Assembly (NCBI GenBank): GCA_038727515.1
Contig: JAVYVS010000001.1
Location: 576,001-640,000, forward strand
Origin: Candidatus Methanomethylicia archaeon
GTDB lineage: Archaea; Thermoproteota; Methanomethylicia; Culexarchaeales; Culexarchaeaceae
Reading direction: 5' to 3'
Length of the DNA stretch: 64,000 nucleotides
In this document: positions 1 to 9,808 of the stretch, piece by piece
Layout of the letters: each line of letters begins with the position of its first letter
Position numbering within the stretch: position 1 is the stretch's first letter
Position numbers and translations under genes: made by a program
Notes under the pieces: model-generated
What the model was told of the DNA's origin: nothing
Seen by the model: the letters and a program-made list of their open reading frames with translations, nothing else
The model's database searches: none

Positions 1-553
1 ATCTAAATGCTATAAGATTCCTTTCAACCAATAAATTCAATACATCATTAGATGCAATAAATTTACCTTCACTATGAGCCACAGGCATTCTAACAATCAT
101 ATCCTCACTATAATACCTCATAAAAACATTGTTCTTACCAGATGGCTTAAGGAAAATCCATCTACACTCAAATTTACCAGAATCATTGGGGGCTAAAGCT
201 AATTTCGGCGTGAAACCACTATTAAAACCGGGTAAAAGACCAATTTCAACTAAAACTTGAAATCCATTGCATATACCAAGTATAGGCTTTCCAGATTTAC
301 AAAATGAAAGTAAATCATCAATTAATTTTGATCGAATCTTAGAAGCCCATATAGCTCCAGCTCTAACATAATCACCATATGAGAAACCTCCAGGAATTAT
401 TAACCCATGAAATGAAGATAAATCTACACATTTATCAATCAACTTCTTAGTGTGAATTATTGAAGCACTCATACCACATTCTTCTACGGCTCTAGCTGTT
501 TCAACATCACAATTAGTTCCAGCAACTCTAATAATTACTATTCTAGGCTTCAT
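1..553 (-). CDS. purQ: Phosphoribosylformylglycinamidine synthase subunit PurQ (3' end outside window)
   Basis: Not in the ORF track. Manual translation from ATG at 553 gives MKPRIVIIRVAGTNCD...IIPGGFSYGDYVRAG...ILGICNGFQVL...MPVAHSEG, which are class I glutaminase PurQ motifs. ATGA overlap with the purL stop. Confidence 0.95.
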   Translation of the reverse strand, partial: MKPRIVIIRVAGTNCDVETARAVEECGMSASIIHTKKLIDKCVDLSSFHGLIIPGGFSYGDYVRAGAIWASKIRSKLIDDLLSFCKSGKPILGICNGFQVLVEIGLLPGFNSGFTPKLALAPNDSGKFECRWIFLKPSGKNNVFMRYYSEDMIVRMPVAHSEGKFIASNDVLNLLVERNLIAFR

Positions 554-2928
554 AACTTTAAACCACTCCTCCAACAATCCCTCAAAACATTCGTCTTTAA
601 ATCAAAAAGAAGATTACCCTTCAAACCATATACAATAACATTAGATGAACTAGTAACTCTACCAATAATATTCCCATCACAACCCCACTCTCTAAGCAAT
701 TTAATAAAGTCATCTTCAAAGGATTTATCAACTTCTAATATGAATCTACCATTACTCTCAGAAAAAAGCAGTATATCATCACGATAAACATTACTCCTTG
801 GAACATTATTTAAATAAACTTCAACACCATAATCACTTGATAAAGCCATTTCAGCAATAGCTACACCCAATCCACCATCAGATATATCATGACAAGCTTT
901 AACATAACCCATATCTATAGCATTAATTACAAAATCCATAATCCTCTTAGAATATTTCGCATTAACCTTTGGAACCGATGAACCTATGTAACCCATTAAA
1001 CGATAATATTGTGAAGCTCCAAGTTCTGGAAACGTTAAACCAACAATAAAAACTGGATCTCCAATACCCTTAAAATCTAATGTTACAGTTTTCCTAATAT
1101 CTGGAATTATCCCAATAGCAGTTATTAGAAGAGTTTCTAATACAGGTCCCATAGGGGACTCATTATATAAACTATCTTTACCAGATATAAATGGAGTATC
1201 AAATTCTACTGCAAAATCATAACAAGCTTTTGCAGCTCTAACTAAACTTCCAAGTCTATCAGGCTTTTCAGGATTTCCCCAAGTGAAATTATCGAGTATA
1301 GCAATTCTCCTACCACCAACACAAACATTATTTCTTAAAGCTTCCTCTAAACTTGATGCAGCCATCCAATAGGGGTCAATTCTACTATACCAAGGTTTAA
1401 TTCCAACAGAAACAACTATACCCCTATAAGATTCAGATATGGGTTTAAGAACTGCGGCATCACTTGGACCACCATAAAATCCATGTAAAGGTTTAATGAC
1501 AGTTGCTCCTTGAACTTCATGATCGTAAGTTCTAATGACTTCTTCTCTACTACAAATATTTGGTGATGATAAAAGTTTACATAAAACTTCACCATAATTC
1601 TCTGGTTCACTTAAAATAGGTTCTTCAAATTTTGGTGGTATCCATGAAGCTATACGTGTAATTTTTGGTGGATGTAATAGGAAGTTGGTTTCAACATGAC
1701 ATAATAAATAACCTTTATAGTAAACATCGATCCAAGGTTCATCAATTAATTCCCCAATGACTGAAGCTTTCAATTCTTCTTCAGAAGCAATTTCAAGGAC
1801 TTTATCAACAGAATTTTCAGGTACAATTAATAACATCCTTTCTTGAGATTCTGAAATCCAAATCTCCCAGGGTAGTAAATCTTCACGTAAATGTACACTA
1901 TCCAAGAAAACTCTAGCCCCACCATTAATTCTACCAGCCATCTCAGTAACTGCAACAGCTAAACCTCCACCACCAAGATCGGTTATTCCAGAAGCTAGAT
2001 TTTCATCTCTAATCCTAATTATAGCTCTTCTCAACTTTTCTTCTTCCACTGGATCTGGAATTTGTACAGCAGATCTAGCAATACGCTCAGAATCCTCCTT
2101 CAAATCACTACTAGCAAAAGAAGCGCCATGAATACCATCTCTACCAGTGGAATTACCCATTAAAACTATTTTATCTCTAGGTTTAGCTGAAAATCTATAT
2201 GTAGAAGTGGGTAGAATACCAATACAACCAGCATAAACAACAACATTACCAACATATCCCTCATCAAAACAGATAGCTCCAGCAACAGTTGGTATACCCA
2301 TATTATTACCATAAAAACCAATACCCTTAACAACACCTCTAAACAAATATTTAGGATGCTTCAAACCCTTAGGAATAGATTCATATGGATAATTTAAAGG
2401 TCCAAAGCATAGAACATCTATACAAGCTATTGGAGATGCCCATACCCCAAGGATATCTCTAATAACACCTCCAATACCAGTTGCAGCACCACCAAAGGGA
2501 TCTATAGCTGAAGGATGATTATGAGTTTCAACTTTAACAGCTATAGAATATTTATCATCAAATTCAATTATACCAGCATTATCCTTCAAAAAGGATACAA
2601 TCCACGGCTTATTACACTTCTCAGTAGCTTTAGCAATATAACTCTTCAAAATATCATCAACAATAACATTCCCATTATCATCAACAATAATTCCTCTAAA
2701 AACTTTATGTCTACAATGTTCAGACCAAAGTTGAGAAAAAGAGTATAATTCTAAATCAAAAACAGCTCTATTAAGCTTATTAACGAAATAATCTCTTATA
2801 GATTTAAGTTCATTAAAATTCAAATTTAATCTTAAATTATTTGATAGGGAATATAGATCATCATCAGTAAAATTGGATAAATAAAATCTATAGATATCTG
2901 GTGGTATAGTAATAACATCATACTTCAT
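550..2928 (-). CDS. purL: Phosphoribosylformylglycinamidine synthase subunit PurL (small type)
   Basis: WSEHCRHK, KVETHNHPSAIDPFGGAATG, GRDGIHGA, DLGGGG, SESQERM, YDHEV, SGKDSLYN, HDISDGG motifs. Confidence 0.97.
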   Translation of the reverse strand: MKYDVITIPPDIYRFYLSNFTDDDLYSLSNNLRLNLNFNELKSIRDYFVNKLNRAVFDLELYSFSQLWSEHCRHKVFRGIIVDDNGNVIVDDILKSYIAKATEKCNKPWIVSFLKDNAGIIEFDDKYSIAVKVETHNHPSAIDPFGGAATGIGGVIRDILGVWASPIACIDVLCFGPLNYPYESIPKGLKHPKYLFRGVVKGIGFYGNNMGIPTVAGAICFDEGYVGNVVVYAGCIGILPTSTYRFSAKPRDKIVLMGNSTGRDGIHGASFASSDLKEDSERIARSAVQIPDPVEEEKLRRAIIRIRDENLASGITDLGGGGLAVAVTEMAGRINGGARVFLDSVHLREDLLPWEIWISESQERMLLIVPENSVDKVLEIASEEELKASVIGELIDEPWIDVYYKGYLLCHVETNFLLHPPKITRIASWIPPKFEEPILSEPENYGEVLCKLLSSPNICSREEVIRTYDHEVQGATVIKPLHGFYGGPSDAAVLKPISESYRGIVVSVGIKPWYSRIDPYWMAASSLEEALRNNVCVGGRRIAILDNFTWGNPEKPDRLGSLVRAAKACYDFAVEFDTPFISGKDSLYNESPMGPVLETLLITAIGIIPDIRKTVTLDFKGIGDPVFIVGLTFPELGASQYYRLMGYIGSSVPKVNAKYSKRIMDFVINAIDMGYVKACHDISDGGLGVAIAEMALSSDYGVEVYLNNVPRSNVYRDDILLFSESNGRFILEVDKSFEDDFIKLLREWGCDGNIIGRVTSSSNVIVYGLKGNLLFDLKTNVLRDCWRSGLKL

Positions 2929-3175
2929 GATTCAACACACTCACAAAAAACTTATCTTTAACTGGATTAGCTAAAAGTCTTTGACAAATCTCATTAACAA
3001 CACTTTTAGCTTCATCAATAGAATTAGCATAAACAGTAAAAGAATAAACTTTACCAACCCTAACCCCCATAACATTATAACCTAAATCCCTTAAAGCTTC
3101 TTCAACGGTTTTACCTTCAGCATCAACAAGTCCATCCTTCAACCAAACTTCAACTCTAAAATTGAATTTACCCAT
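2918..3175 (-). CDS. purS: Phosphoribosylformylglycinamidine synthase subunit PurS
   Basis: VEVWLKDGLVDAEGKTV...VRVGK...LLANPV signature; lies between purF and purL. ATG at 3175 follows a GGGGTG SD (ORF track start 3184). Confidence 0.93.
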   Translation of the reverse strand: MGKFNFRVEVWLKDGLVDAEGKTVEEALRDLGYNVMGVRVGKVYSFTVYANSIDEAKSVVNEICQRLLANPVKDKFFVSVLNHEV

Positions 3176-3189
3176 ATAAAACACCCCAA

Positions 3190-4671
3190 TTAAACTTCTT
3201 CAGTTATTCTACCTTTAATCTTAACCCCCTTAAGAGCTAATTCTAATGCTAAACGTGAAAGCTCCATAGCATATTTAGTGGGGTAATTCAAAGTTAAACA
3301 CCCTAAACATAAATTACTTGATGAAATAGCGGAAACAAAATCTTCTATAGTTTGATAATTAATTGTATCAGCACCAATAAACTTACATATCTCTTCATCA
3401 CTCCTACCAAAGGCAGCCAATTCTTGAAAGGTAGCCATATCAATACCATAGAAGCATGGACCAATAATCTTTGGAAAAGTTACGAAAATATGAATCTCAG
3501 AAACATCATGTTCACGTAATTCTGAAACCACAGTTTTAAGGGTGTCACCTCTAACAATACTATCATCAATCAATGCAATATTCTTACCCCTTAATTTATC
3601 AAAAAGAATATTATACTTACGATGCAAAATTATTGTTCTATCCTCTGGAGACAATATAAAGGCTCTATGTTTAACATATCTATCCCTAACAATCCATTGC
3701 TGCATTGGTTTCCCAGAAACTTCATGAAAACCATAAGCAGCATCTACAGCTGTTTGAGGAATTGGAACAATAACATCCACCCTTCTAGCAATATCATTAT
3801 ACCTAATTGCAAGTTTCCTACCCAACTCTTGCCTAACTTCACAAACATATTTACCATTAAACTTAGAATCAGGTCTAGCAAAATATGCAAATTCAAAGGA
3901 GCATAAATTTTCACGAGCACCTTCAAAGATCTTTTTAATAGATAATTTATTATTGGATAATGTGTAGAGAAATCCTGGTTCTACAACTTTAAAATCTCTT
4001 ATATTATTGGAGTTTAAAGCAGAACTTTCAGATGCCACCATAAACATATTACCATTTTTACTAAAACCATATACCAATGGTCTAATACCACATGGATCTC
4101 TAAAGAAGAATAATGTTCCATCACTAAGTAAACCAACAACTGAATAAGCTCCATCAACATCATTCATAATTCTTTTAACAGCATCTTCAATCTTATAACC
4201 CTCAATTAAATTATGCAACAAAATTAAAGCTAAAACTTCAGTATCAGAAGTACACTTAAAACTATAACCATAAGATAGTAACTTCTCTCGAAGTAATTTT
4301 ACATTAGTAATATTCCCATTATAAGCAATACATACCTTTAAATCTTCACCAACAATCAATGGCTGAATATCAGTAGACAATTTGAGTTTAGAAAGTTCAC
4401 CACTAGTTGCATATCTAACGTGTCCCAAACCAATATTACCAACGAGTTCTTTAAATAGAGAAGACAATTTATCAAGTGAAATATCAGAAATTAAACCAAG
4501 ATCTTTAAATACATGGAAAGAACCATCATATGTAACCATACCATAAGAGTGATGTCCCCTATGATTTAAAGATACAAGAGACCAATATAAGAAGTCTATA
4601 ACGTCACCGCCATCAAACCTATAAATAGCAGAAACACCGCAATTATGTGTTAAATTCTCCATAATACCCAC
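3190..4671 (-). CDS. purF: Amidophosphoribosyltransferase, propeptide and [4Fe-4S] type
   Basis: Short propeptide then Ntn nucleophile Cys (HN|CGV); HRG, GHVRYAT, NGN, RDPCGIRPL, CSFEFAYFARPDS, DDSIVRG PRPP motif, PCFYGID and CLGC cluster ligands. Confidence 0.96.
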   Translation of the reverse strand: MGIMENLTHNCGVSAIYRFDGGDVIDFLYWSLVSLNHRGHHSYGMVTYDGSFHVFKDLGLISDISLDKLSSLFKELVGNIGLGHVRYATSGELSKLKLSTDIQPLIVGEDLKVCIAYNGNITNVKLLREKLLSYGYSFKCTSDTEVLALILLHNLIEGYKIEDAVKRIMNDVDGAYSVVGLLSDGTLFFFRDPCGIRPLVYGFSKNGNMFMVASESSALNSNNIRDFKVVEPGFLYTLSNNKLSIKKIFEGARENLCSFEFAYFARPDSKFNGKYVCEVRQELGRKLAIRYNDIARRVDVIVPIPQTAVDAAYGFHEVSGKPMQQWIVRDRYVKHRAFILSPEDRTIILHRKYNILFDKLRGKNIALIDDSIVRGDTLKTVVSELREHDVSEIHIFVTFPKIIGPCFYGIDMATFQELAAFGRSDEEICKFIGADTINYQTIEDFVSAISSSNLCLGCLTLNYPTKYAMELSRLALELALKGVKIKGRITEEV

Positions 4672-5610
4672 TCACAAAAATTCATTTAAACTTTTTAATG
4701 GTAAATCATCAACATTACGTTTCAAAGCTAAAACTTCATATGCTCCTCTAACTCTCCATGCAATTTGCTTTATTAAATCCATAGGTAAATCTGGTGGAGT
4801 ACCATCACCCATAAAACCTTTAGCCATTAAATAAGCTCTTAAAAACTCTTTATCTAAACAATGTCCTTCTTGAGCTACACCAACACGATAATATTTCTTA
4901 ATCCAAATTCTAGCTGAATCATGTGTAGGAGCTTCATCAATTTGAATTAATTCACCCTTATATCTACCAAATTCAAATTTAACATCTGCAATTATCAATC
5001 CAACACTTTCAGCAACCTTACTATAATATGAGTAAAGCTTAAAAGATGCTTCTTCAAGTTCATTCCATTCTTCACGTGAAACCAAATCCATATCTATAGC
5101 TTCACGTTTACTAATTTCAATATCATGACCAAAATCAGACTTTGTAGTTGTTGAAAGTATTGGTTGAGGAAGCTTTTCAGCATAACTTAAACCATTAGGT
5201 AGTTCAACACCTGAAATTATACGTTTACCACTGGAATAAGCTCTCCAAGCTGAACCATATAGATAACTTCTAACAATCCATTCAATATTAATTCTCTCAG
5301 CTCTCACAACTTTAATCGACCTATCATCGACAACTTCAACAAGATGATTTGGAAAAATATTCTTAGTATTCTCAAACCAAAAAGAGGTAAGCTTATTCAA
5401 GTAAACACCTTTAAAGGGTATAAGCTCCTTCAAAACCACATCAAATGCAGAAATACGATCACTATGGAATAATATTAGATAATCCCCAAGTTCATATACA
5501 TCTCTAACTTTACCTCTCTTAAACAATGGGAAATTAAGATTTGAATATCTAATAGTTTCAACAAATCCATTTTTAGAAAATGGATCAGGATATCTTTCAA
5601 CAATATACAA
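4672..5610 (-). CDS. purC: SAICAR synthetase
   Basis: RGKVRDVY, SDRISAFD, KG..LN, ADVKFEFG, DE..T.DS.RIW, LDKEFLR motifs. Confidence 0.96.
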   Translation of the reverse strand: MYIVERYPDPFSKNGFVETIRYSNLNFPLFKRGKVRDVYELGDYLILFHSDRISAFDVVLKELIPFKGVYLNKLTSFWFENTKNIFPNHLVEVVDDRSIKVVRAERINIEWIVRSYLYGSAWRAYSSGKRIISGVELPNGLSYAEKLPQPILSTTTKSDFGHDIEISKREAIDMDLVSREEWNELEEASFKLYSYYSKVAESVGLIIADVKFEFGRYKGELIQIDEAPTHDSARIWIKKYYRVGVAQEGHCLDKEFLRAYLMAKGFMGDGTPPDLPMDLIKQIAWRVRGAYEVLALKRNVDDLPLKSLNEFL

Positions 5611-5623
5611 TCACGACACCTCA

Positions 5624-7033
5624 TTAAGTAACCAACATATCTAAAGCCTTCAAATTGATTGCACGCTTAATCTCCAATCCAATACGTTCACCAAGACTTA
5701 TACGCCTGTTATACCTAACATTGGAATACTGTCCACCTAATCCCATATGAACATTAGTTCCACCACCATGCCTTAAAGCAACATCTTGAGTAACAGGTAT
5801 ATGCATTGGAGCATCCCTAGTAATACTATCATATAAACCAAAACCAACACTTGCAACTTCGACATCAGGTTTTAAAGAAGGTTTAAAATCATATTCACTA
5901 GGTTTACCCCAAGTTATAATGGTTTGAAGACACCATGCACCTATAATTCCAGGTGGAACTTCATCCTTTAAACAAAGTAAAAATCTATTTGCACATCTTA
6001 AAACATCCTTTATTAAAGATTCTCTTACACTAACCATGACGTGAAGGGTAACTTCAAAAGATGGAAGAATTTTATTGCTTAACTTTTGCTGAACATCTAT
6101 TGGAAGTCTCTTAAGACCATCTAAAATGGTTTCTCTACGTTCATCAATGGATAAGAATTCATTAGCTAAACAAATTCTAGCTTCATCTAAACTTATATTG
6201 TAAATCTTAGAATAATACTCTTCAACACTCCCCCAACACTTAATAGAATTAATTGGTGAAAAGAAGAAATTGAAATTCGCATGTGGACCCAAAATCAATT
6301 CTTCAACTCTAGCAGCTTTGATAGAATCCTCATTAACATAACCATCTTCAAAAGCTTTTTCAACTTTAAGTTCAAGATCACTTGAATCAGCAGCAAAAAT
6401 AAATACCCTCTCAAAAATTCTATTTGGATGATAAGTTTTGAGAATTAAAGGTTTATCATAAGGCTCCTTAAACCTTATACCCCTACTATAAATTTCATAT
6501 AGAATAGGTTTTGGATGGGGAATACCAGCCTTCTCAAGATACCAATAATAATCTTTATCGATACCTCTATTTTCAATTTTAAGAAGCCTCCTAGAACCAA
6601 GAATAGGTATTGAAAAATCATTTTCAATAACACTACAATAATCATCTCCACCAACATAAACGGAAAAAGCTCTATTTGGAATTTGAATAGCTTCTAATTC
6701 AATTAGATCATCAACATGTTTCACAATATCAGAATACCTGTCTAAAATGAGGATAGCATACCTCCAATCACCCTTTAAATCGTGTAAATCTTCAACAACT
6801 AAAACATCCCTAGAAATAACTTGAGGTAAATCTTCAATAAACTCGTCAACTCTACCTGCAATAGCATTATGCAAATATATAATAGCTCTATCTCTAGTTG
6901 TATATATTATGCTTCTTAAATTATTACTCCTAGCACCACTCCAAGCATCCAAAGCTGAATGTGAACCTATAATCAACATACAAGGATTCTTATATCTTCG
7001 AGCAATTTCACGCATATCATCAATATCAATCAA
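5624..7033 (-). CDS. purP: PurP-family ATP-grasp formate-dependent formyltransferase (DUF1246/DUF1297), long form
   Basis: IGSHSALD, IPNRAF, ILGSRRLLKIENR, NFNFFFSP, SVRESL, PGIIGAWCLQ, RHGGGTN, GERIGLEI motifs; first gene of the pur operon. Probable TTG start at 7033 after a GGTG SD (track start 7084). Confidence 0.85.
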   Translation of the reverse strand: MIDIDDMREIARRYKNPCMLIIGSHSALDAWSGARSNNLRSIIYTTRDRAIIYLHNAIAGRVDEFIEDLPQVISRDVLVVEDLHDLKGDWRYAILILDRYSDIVKHVDDLIELEAIQIPNRAFSVYVGGDDYCSVIENDFSIPILGSRRLLKIENRGIDKDYYWYLEKAGIPHPKPILYEIYSRGIRFKEPYDKPLILKTYHPNRIFERVFIFAADSSDLELKVEKAFEDGYVNEDSIKAARVEELILGPHANFNFFFSPINSIKCWGSVEEYYSKIYNISLDEARICLANEFLSIDERRETILDGLKRLPIDVQQKLSNKILPSFEVTLHVMVSVRESLIKDVLRCANRFLLCLKDEVPPGIIGAWCLQTIITWGKPSEYDFKPSLKPDVEVASVGFGLYDSITRDAPMHIPVTQDVALRHGGGTNVHMGLGGQYSNVRYNRRISLGERIGLEIKRAINLKALDMLVT

Positions 7034-7177
7034 CAAAAACACCTTTATGAAAAAGATATGTAAACATTTATTTATATTTTGCATTTCACAAAAATGTAAA
7101 ATTTAAACAACTGATTAAATGAAACAAAAATAACAACTATTAAAAAATGAATCATGTAAAGTATATCTCAGATATTT

Positions 7178-8554
7178 ATGAAGGTAAAGATAATAGCTAC
7201 ACTTGGACCATCAACAAAAGACATTGAAACCATAAGGGAAATGGTAATTAAAGGAGCTTCAGCCTTTAGAATAAACTTTAGCCATGGAAGCGAAGAAGAA
7301 TGGAGGAAATATGTAAAATATGTAAGAACTATTGAAAGGGAATTAAACGTAATAATAGGGATTGGGGGAGATTTAAAGGGTGGAAGCGTTAGGATAGGGG
7401 AATTACGTGAACCAATAAAGTTGAAAATGAACATGGAATTAATGATATTAAATAAACAAAAAGACTATGAAGGTAATATACCATTACCATACATAGAATT
7501 CTATGATATCATAGAGCCAGGAGATATAATCTTAATGGACGATGGGAAAATAATGTTGAAAGTAGAAGACGTAAAGGAGGATAAAGTAAAAGTAAGATCA
7601 TTAACACCTGGTGAAATAACTTCAAGGAAGGGAATAGTTGTAAGGGGGAAAGAATTTAATATACCAGCAATAACTGAAGAAGATTTAAAGAACATAAAAT
7701 TTGCAGTGGAAAACTCATTGGATTACATAGGCTTAAGTTATGTTAAAAGTGGAGAGGATGTGAAGAAATTAAAGAAGATACTTTATGAAGCTGGATGTGA
7801 AGAAACAGCAGTAATGTCAAAAATTGAATGCGTAAGTGCTGTTAAGAATTTGGAGGAAATAGTGAGAGAATCAGATATGATATTAGTGGCAAGAGGAGAT
7901 TTAGGTATGCAATTTCCATTAGAAAGAATACCAGTATTACAAAGAGAAATAATTGAAAAAACAAGATTAAAGGGTAAACCAGTAATTGTAGCAACACAAG
8001 TGTTAGCATCAATGATTGAAAATCCAACACCAACAAGAGCAGAAGTAACAGATGTAGCACATGCAATAATAGAGGGGGTGGATGCAATAATGTTAACTGG
8101 AGAAACAGCCATTGGAATATATCCAGTGGAAGCAGTAGAATGGCTTAAAAGTATAATAGAAGCAAATGAAGAAAAGATAAACATAGAGTTAAAACCCATA
8201 GATGATGATTTACAAAAAAGATTTGCACATAGTATAGTTGTACTTGCAGAATCTATAAACTCAAAATTAGCAGTATATACACAAAAGGGGAGAATGGCTG
8301 CAAGAATTGCTGCATATAGACCTAGAGTGCCAGTATATGCAGCATCAAATAACATTAGAACACTTAGAAAATTATCTATGATTTGGGGTTTAAAAACCAT
8401 AAAAGTTGATGCAGAAGGGTATATGGAGGGATTAGAGGCCACATATCAAGCATTAATGAGGGAGGGATATGTAAAGGATAATGAGACATTGGTCTTAACA
8501 TATGGGCTAATAGAAGAAGGAGAACATATAATAAAAATAAAGAGGAAGATTTAG
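7178..8554 (+). CDS. pyk: Pyruvate kinase
   Basis: KIIATLGP, RINFSHG, DLKG, MDDG, SKIE, VARGDLG, ATQ...PTRAEVTDV, DAIMLTGETAIG.YP. Confidence 0.97.
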   Translation: MKVKIIATLGPSTKDIETIREMVIKGASAFRINFSHGSEEEWRKYVKYVRTIERELNVIIGIGGDLKGGSVRIGELREPIKLKMNMELMILNKQKDYEGNIPLPYIEFYDIIEPGDIILMDDGKIMLKVEDVKEDKVKVRSLTPGEITSRKGIVVRGKEFNIPAITEEDLKNIKFAVENSLDYIGLSYVKSGEDVKKLKKILYEAGCEETAVMSKIECVSAVKNLEEIVRESDMILVARGDLGMQFPLERIPVLQREIIEKTRLKGKPVIVATQVLASMIENPTPTRAEVTDVAHAIIEGVDAIMLTGETAIGIYPVEAVEWLKSIIEANEEKINIELKPIDDDLQKRFAHSIVVLAESINSKLAVYTQKGRMAARIAAYRPRVPVYAASNNIRTLRKLSMIWGLKTIKVDAEGYMEGLEATYQALMREGYVKDNETLVLTYGLIEEGEHIIKIKRKI

Positions 8555-9759
8555 AAACCCGAGGTTAAGTATCTGTATGCTAATGCTGCATAAGCTGCAG
8601 AACCATATTTCAATGCAGATTCATCTATATCAAATCTAGGATTATGGTGGGGAGCCACTATACCCTTCTCAACATTTCTAGTTCCAAGTTCTAGAAATGC
8701 CCCTGGAATTCTCTCAAGATAATATGAGAAATCTTCACCACCCATACTAGGTTTAACTTCAACAACATTATTTGAACCAACAATTTCACATACAACACTC
8801 TTAGCCATCCTAGTAGCTAAAGGATGATTTATGGTTGGTGGAACACCATCAATTGTAGCAACAATACATTCAGCATTAAAAGCTTTAGCAGTATTCTCAG
8901 CAATCTCCTTAATACGCTTCTTCAATAAATCTCTAACTTCAAATGTTAAAGCCCTATATGTACCAATTATATTCGCTCTTTCAGGTATTATGTTAAATGC
9001 TGTTCCAGCATGTACAGAACATGCACTAACAACCCCAGATTCCAATGGATCGAGATTTCGACTAATAATAGTCTGTAAATTCAATATTATACTTGAAGCA
9101 ACTACAATTGGATCCACAGCTTTATGAGGGGAAGCACCATGACCACCAACACCTTTAACTTCAATTTCAAATCTACCAGTAGAAGCAAGTATAGGTCCCT
9201 CCTTCAATCCAATTTTACCAACATCTAAATCATTCCAAACATGAAAACCAAATATAGCTTCAACATCAGGATCTTTTAAAACACCTTCCTCCACCATCTT
9301 CAAAGCTCCACTCTTACCACCACCCATCTCTTCAGCTGGTTGGAAAATTAATTTCACAGAACCATTAAGTTTATCCTTCATTTCAGATAAAATTCTAGCG
9401 GCTGTAAGAAGCATGGCGACATGAGCATCATGACCACAAGCATGCATAACCCCTGGAATCTTAGACTTATATGGAACATCATTCTCTTCTTGAATTGGGA
9501 GGGCATCCATATCAGCCCTTAAAGCTACAACTCTACCCTCACCACATTTTAAAATACCAACAACACCAGTTTCAGCAACACCGGTTTGAACACTATAACC
9601 CCATTTACTAAGCATATCTGCAACAAGTTTTGCAGTTCTCTTCTCTTGAAAACCAAGTTCAGGATACATATGTATTTCACGTCTAAAACCTATGGTTTCA
9701 TTCTCTAATTCAATAGCTCTACTCAATATCCATCCATACACATTCATATCAAATACCAA
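8551..9759 (-). CDS. M20D family amidohydrolase / carboxypeptidase (aminoacylase-like)
   Basis: HMYPELG, RADMDALP, MHACGHDAH, FQPAEE, GGHG, GGEDF, HHNP motifs. Confidence 0.92.
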   Translation of the reverse strand: MVFDMNVYGWILSRAIELENETIGFRREIHMYPELGFQEKRTAKLVADMLSKWGYSVQTGVAETGVVGILKCGEGRVVALRADMDALPIQEENDVPYKSKIPGVMHACGHDAHVAMLLTAARILSEMKDKLNGSVKLIFQPAEEMGGGKSGALKMVEEGVLKDPDVEAIFGFHVWNDLDVGKIGLKEGPILASTGRFEIEVKGVGGHGASPHKAVDPIVVASSIILNLQTIISRNLDPLESGVVSACSVHAGTAFNIIPERANIIGTYRALTFEVRDLLKKRIKEIAENTAKAFNAECIVATIDGVPPTINHPLATRMAKSVVCEIVGSNNVVEVKPSMGGEDFSYYLERIPGAFLELGTRNVEKGIVAPHHNPRFDIDESALKYGSAAYAALAYRYLTSGF

Positions 9760-9808
9760 AATAAAATGAAGTACCTCAAATAATAAAATTATCGAAAAAT
9801 ATCATAAG

